From contig JAWMAR010000083.1 in the NCBI GenBank assembly GCA_036785375.1, positions 930,001 through 994,000 on the forward strand: a stretch of 64,000 nucleotides of DNA, given 5' to 3'. A model generated the notes under the pieces. The model worked only from the letters and a program-made list of their open reading frames with translations. It did not search any database and was not told where the DNA came from. This stretch comes from Leucoraja ocellata. Its lineage: Eukaryota. Every line of letters begins with the position of its first letter. Position 1 is the stretch's first letter. A program made the position numbers and the translations under genes. Below, piece by piece: positions 60,496 to 64,000 of this stretch.

Positions 60496-63240
60496 AAGTA
60501 CAAGTTATGAGATTGTGGGGGGGAAAAAATAGTTCAGCAAGGACTCAATGGACTAAAGCACCTGTTTCCATGATGTATGACCACAACTCTTTGTTTCAGA
60601 GAGAATGTTTTTATATGTTCCTGCCAGCTTTGTTGTGTGCATGTGCCTTCTCACTATTGCCATCATTTTCCACTGTTATTCACTCTGACATTTTTTTTTT
60701 CAGATGTTCTTTTTATGAACTAAAAGGTTCACATCCCTGATTATAATATCAAATGGCCAATGTAATTTGGTTCAATCTATGTTTCCATTTCCCACATTCC
60801 ACCCTTGCCAAAATTATGTCAAACTGGAACACACAATGTTTCCTACGATTTCAGTTTCCATGTAGTTCATTTGCTACATCCTGTGACTTTTTAAATAATC
60901 ACGATGCCTTTCCCCAAATAATTCCTGCTCCCATTGTTCCTATTGGGAGATTTCTTATCCCAATGCACATATTTTTACCTGAGGTTACTTTGCCAGATGC
61001 ACTGGACCAATGTCAATCTTCTCTTCCTGTGTAGGAAGGAACAGCAGATGCTGGTCTACACCGAAGATAGACACAAAATGCTGGAGTAACTCAGTGGGAT
61101 AGGCAGCATCTCTGGAGAGAAGGAATGGGTGACATTTTGGGTCGAGACTCCTACACACTCAGAGTCACACGTGCAGTGCTGTGGTTCTTCCTCACACAGT
61201 TTATCAAGTATTTGGTCCCATACCCACACTTATCGGTACTGTGATAGTTACCACTGCTATACTCTGCAACATTGCTGAAGCCACTATCCGTGACTGTAGT
61301 TACTAAATCTTCTTCTTTCGTGTGGCATGCACAGCCTAAAGTTGTAGGACAACAGCAGGTTAGATGGGCCAGGTAATAGGAGAATGGCCAATCACTGCAA
61401 ATAAAGTTACTTGGCCAAAAAAGTTTCATTCAGGGTGAAGATCATGGCAACTTCAATTATAATGACATCATGTGATTACAGATATCCCAGTGAATTCTGT
61501 GTAATTTTTGTCAGGGGTACTTTTTGCAGTTTCCTCTGCTGAACTGGTTGGTCAGTCGATCAATTTATTTATTGTCCCTTTGCTACCATTTTCACAATTT
61601 CTGCCTGTTCTGCCAATAGAGGATATTCTTGACAACTTGGACAAAATACTAATGGGATGTGCGTGTATCTTCCTTCTCTGACAAGCTCTCTCTTCTATAT
61701 CGGCTGTTCCCTTAATCTACTATTCTAAACTCCGCAAGTGGCTATTAAAGGCACTCTAGGGAATATGCCTTTAAAGCTTTTATTTTTTTGCAGTCAATTT
61801 TTACTTCCAAGTTGTCTTGCTACACAAATACACCATTTAAACTACTCATCGACTTAGACTGGTCTGATTTCTGAGAAATGTGTTGCCATGTATCATGTTG
61901 TGCATTGGCATGATATACTGCAATTCAAATACAAATCTGTTCCTTGATTTACTTGCTAATGTTACTGGTTTGTGTGATCTGGTCATGACCCAGTAATACA
62001 TGTCAATGAAGTACTTGAAACAACTGGAAATAAATTACACTTTAATTGTTCAAAAATATCAGTTGAATCCTGTTAATCTACTTAATCGTTGGGAAGAAGA
62101 CATGCAATTATTTCACTAACTATAAGGTCATTGGGGACACCAATATGTTGGAAAAGAATTCAACAAGGTACAACAATATATTTTAAAGTGTTTGGCAACA
62201 ACTAAATACAATGGAAATAAGAATCCTGTTTGAGTTATTAAGGGTACTTTACAAACCAGAATTCAAAATTGATGTTAGTCAGGGTTAATTGTGTAGTTTG
62301 TGAGAAAAGCATGCAATTGTAGATGCTTTTCAAAACTTGAATGATTGATGGTTAACCTTTGACTGTTGCTATGAAGTAGTTATATTTGATTTGCTGCACT
62401 ATCATCATGGAGTGGCTAGATCAATAACAAGAGGCACCTCTAGTGCACAGTGTTAAAAGGTTATATGAATTTCCGCAATTGTGCAGGGAATGTCTGAAGA
62501 TATTTACGAGCCTGTGTGCATTGTCAAACAAAATACAACAATGTTTATGAGGAAGCACTGCAATGAGCGATGCCATTTATGGGAATAGTTAGAGTGCGCT
62601 CCAAGCTGCTTTTAAGTATGCATTTAGACTAAATTCCTGTACAGTGGCGCATAGCCATTAAAATTCAATCATAATTCAGAGATGATTCCACCTCGGTTAC
62701 TTGTTGCCATTCTCTTTTCATCAATTAATTAAACATGTAAATGTTAGAAATGGTTATATTTCTGGCCAATCTTAGCTGTAGTTACTATGTCAGTAAACAA
62801 ACTCCAGGCAGATAAAGTTTTCCCAGGAGTTGTTGACAGACACTCACGGCCCAGCAATAACTTTGGGACTTAACTGCATATGCTTCTGAACGCAGAAGTC
62901 TCAAATGTGCTGATGGATCTTTCCTAGTGGACATGTTACTGTTCTCTGCCGTAGCAGTAGCAGAACTACTTGGAGGAGGAGCACAAAGTTGCTGAAGTGA
63001 CAGTGCCATCTCTCAGTAGCTTCTCAGCCATTTTATGGTCAGGGCTTTTTCTGTCTTGCTCACCTGACCACAATGACAGACGTTTAAGCTACAAGAGAGT
63101 TAAGGAGAATGGGAGAAGTCTGCAAAATGGTGATGACACCATGATTAGTTTAACTTTTATCTCATTCAACAGCAGGGCTATCTCAAGGGGCCAGTTAGTC
63201 TACTCTAGCTCCTGTTTTTAACGTGGATTTTATTAAATTA

Positions 63241-63580
63241 CTAGACCAAGTGGTACCCGTTGGCCCCCGTCCCCCAACGCAGGGGAGGGGGGGGGGCAGT
63301 GTCACACGGGAGGGTGGTCCCCAAACGCGGCACCAGCGCTCACCCCGGAGCCAATCACCCCCATCACCCGTTCCCCCAACGTAACCCGTTCACCCAACGC
63401 AATATTCCACCACTCACCCATAAGCCCCAACTGTGCAGGCGTGGCCCATTTCCCCTCATCCCCCACACACTACCCCTCCTCTTCCCCTCCTCTTCACCCT
63501 CCCTCTTCTCTCCTCTCACCTCCTCCCCTCCTCCACCTCTCCCTCCCTTTCCTTTCCCCTCCCCTTCAGTCACTCCCTAG
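63241..63580 (-). mobile_element. Helitron 3' fragment related to 13814-17454
   Basis: Minus strand GGGCCAACGGGTACCACTTGGTCTAG|T resembles GGGACCCAACGGGTCCCACTAGTCTAG|T; shared TGCA(C)AGTTGGG...TATGGGTGAGTGGTGGAATATTG block. Confidence 0.7.
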
Positions 63581-64000
63581 CAATGCTCTGATGGGGAAAA
63601 CTTTGTTGTTGGAGTATACAAGCATTATAACAACATCAAAACGTACAAAAAGATGTTGAAGCAGGGAACTGCAGACGCTGGTTTACAAAAGAGAGCACAG
63701 TGCTGGAGTAGCTCAGTGGGTCAGTAAAAATCTCTGGAAAAAATGGTTAGGTGACGTCTCAGATCAGGATCTTTCTTCAGACATCTGAAAAGTTATCGAC
63801 CTATCTACAGTTATGGAAAATTGTTATCTACAATTTTAAGACGAAATCTGGGAGTATCCTGCTGGTACATTGTGGAAAGTTAAAGTGTGGATAAAGAAAT
63901 TAATTGCAGATGGTGGTTTACATAAAAAGACACAAAGTGCTGGAGTAACTCAGCATGTCAGGCAGCATTTCTTGAAAACAGAGGCAATGTTTCGGGTCAG

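Noticed and set aside
62785-63221. Coding-like composition with short ORFs on both strands; looked for exons of the usual neighbours ME3/FZD4
   Set aside because: No recognisable homology or consistent splice pair; could be conserved non-coding DNA but untestable here
1-64000. CRISPR array or prokaryotic system
   Set aside because: No regularly spaced repeats with unique spacers; the sequence is vertebrate, and the short palindromes are dispersed and TSD-flanked

Overview
Vertebrate genomic DNA, most likely a cartilaginous fish (skate/ray), inferred from HE1-like V-SINEs and abundant Penelope-type repeats. One intact gene: PRSS23 on the minus strand, with the whole CDS in one exon (7203-8321) and a probable non-coding first exon plus TATA/CpG promoter about 17 kb upstream (~25672-25812). 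The rest is a dense mosaic of mobile DNA: Tc1, L1, L2, CR1, Rex1/Babar, RTE-X, Penelope pieces with minimal hammerhead ribozyme cores, Helitrons, Harbinger MITEs and hAT/P-like MITEs. Main discovery: four 26-34 bp palindromes (CA[A/T]AGAT...ATCTTTG), each flanked by a perfect 8-bp target duplication, share termini with a 386-bp MITE. One has an empty paralogous site 500 bp away. Their geometry (up to 17+17 nt) resembles Drosophila P-element excision footprints. Also notable: tandem TDP2-exon-1-like fragments inside a 5.7-kb TIR element, an RTE-X fragment with a ~150-bp direct repeat, and an L1 with an inverted 5' piece inside a Helitron. All family assignments are by eye, without database searches.
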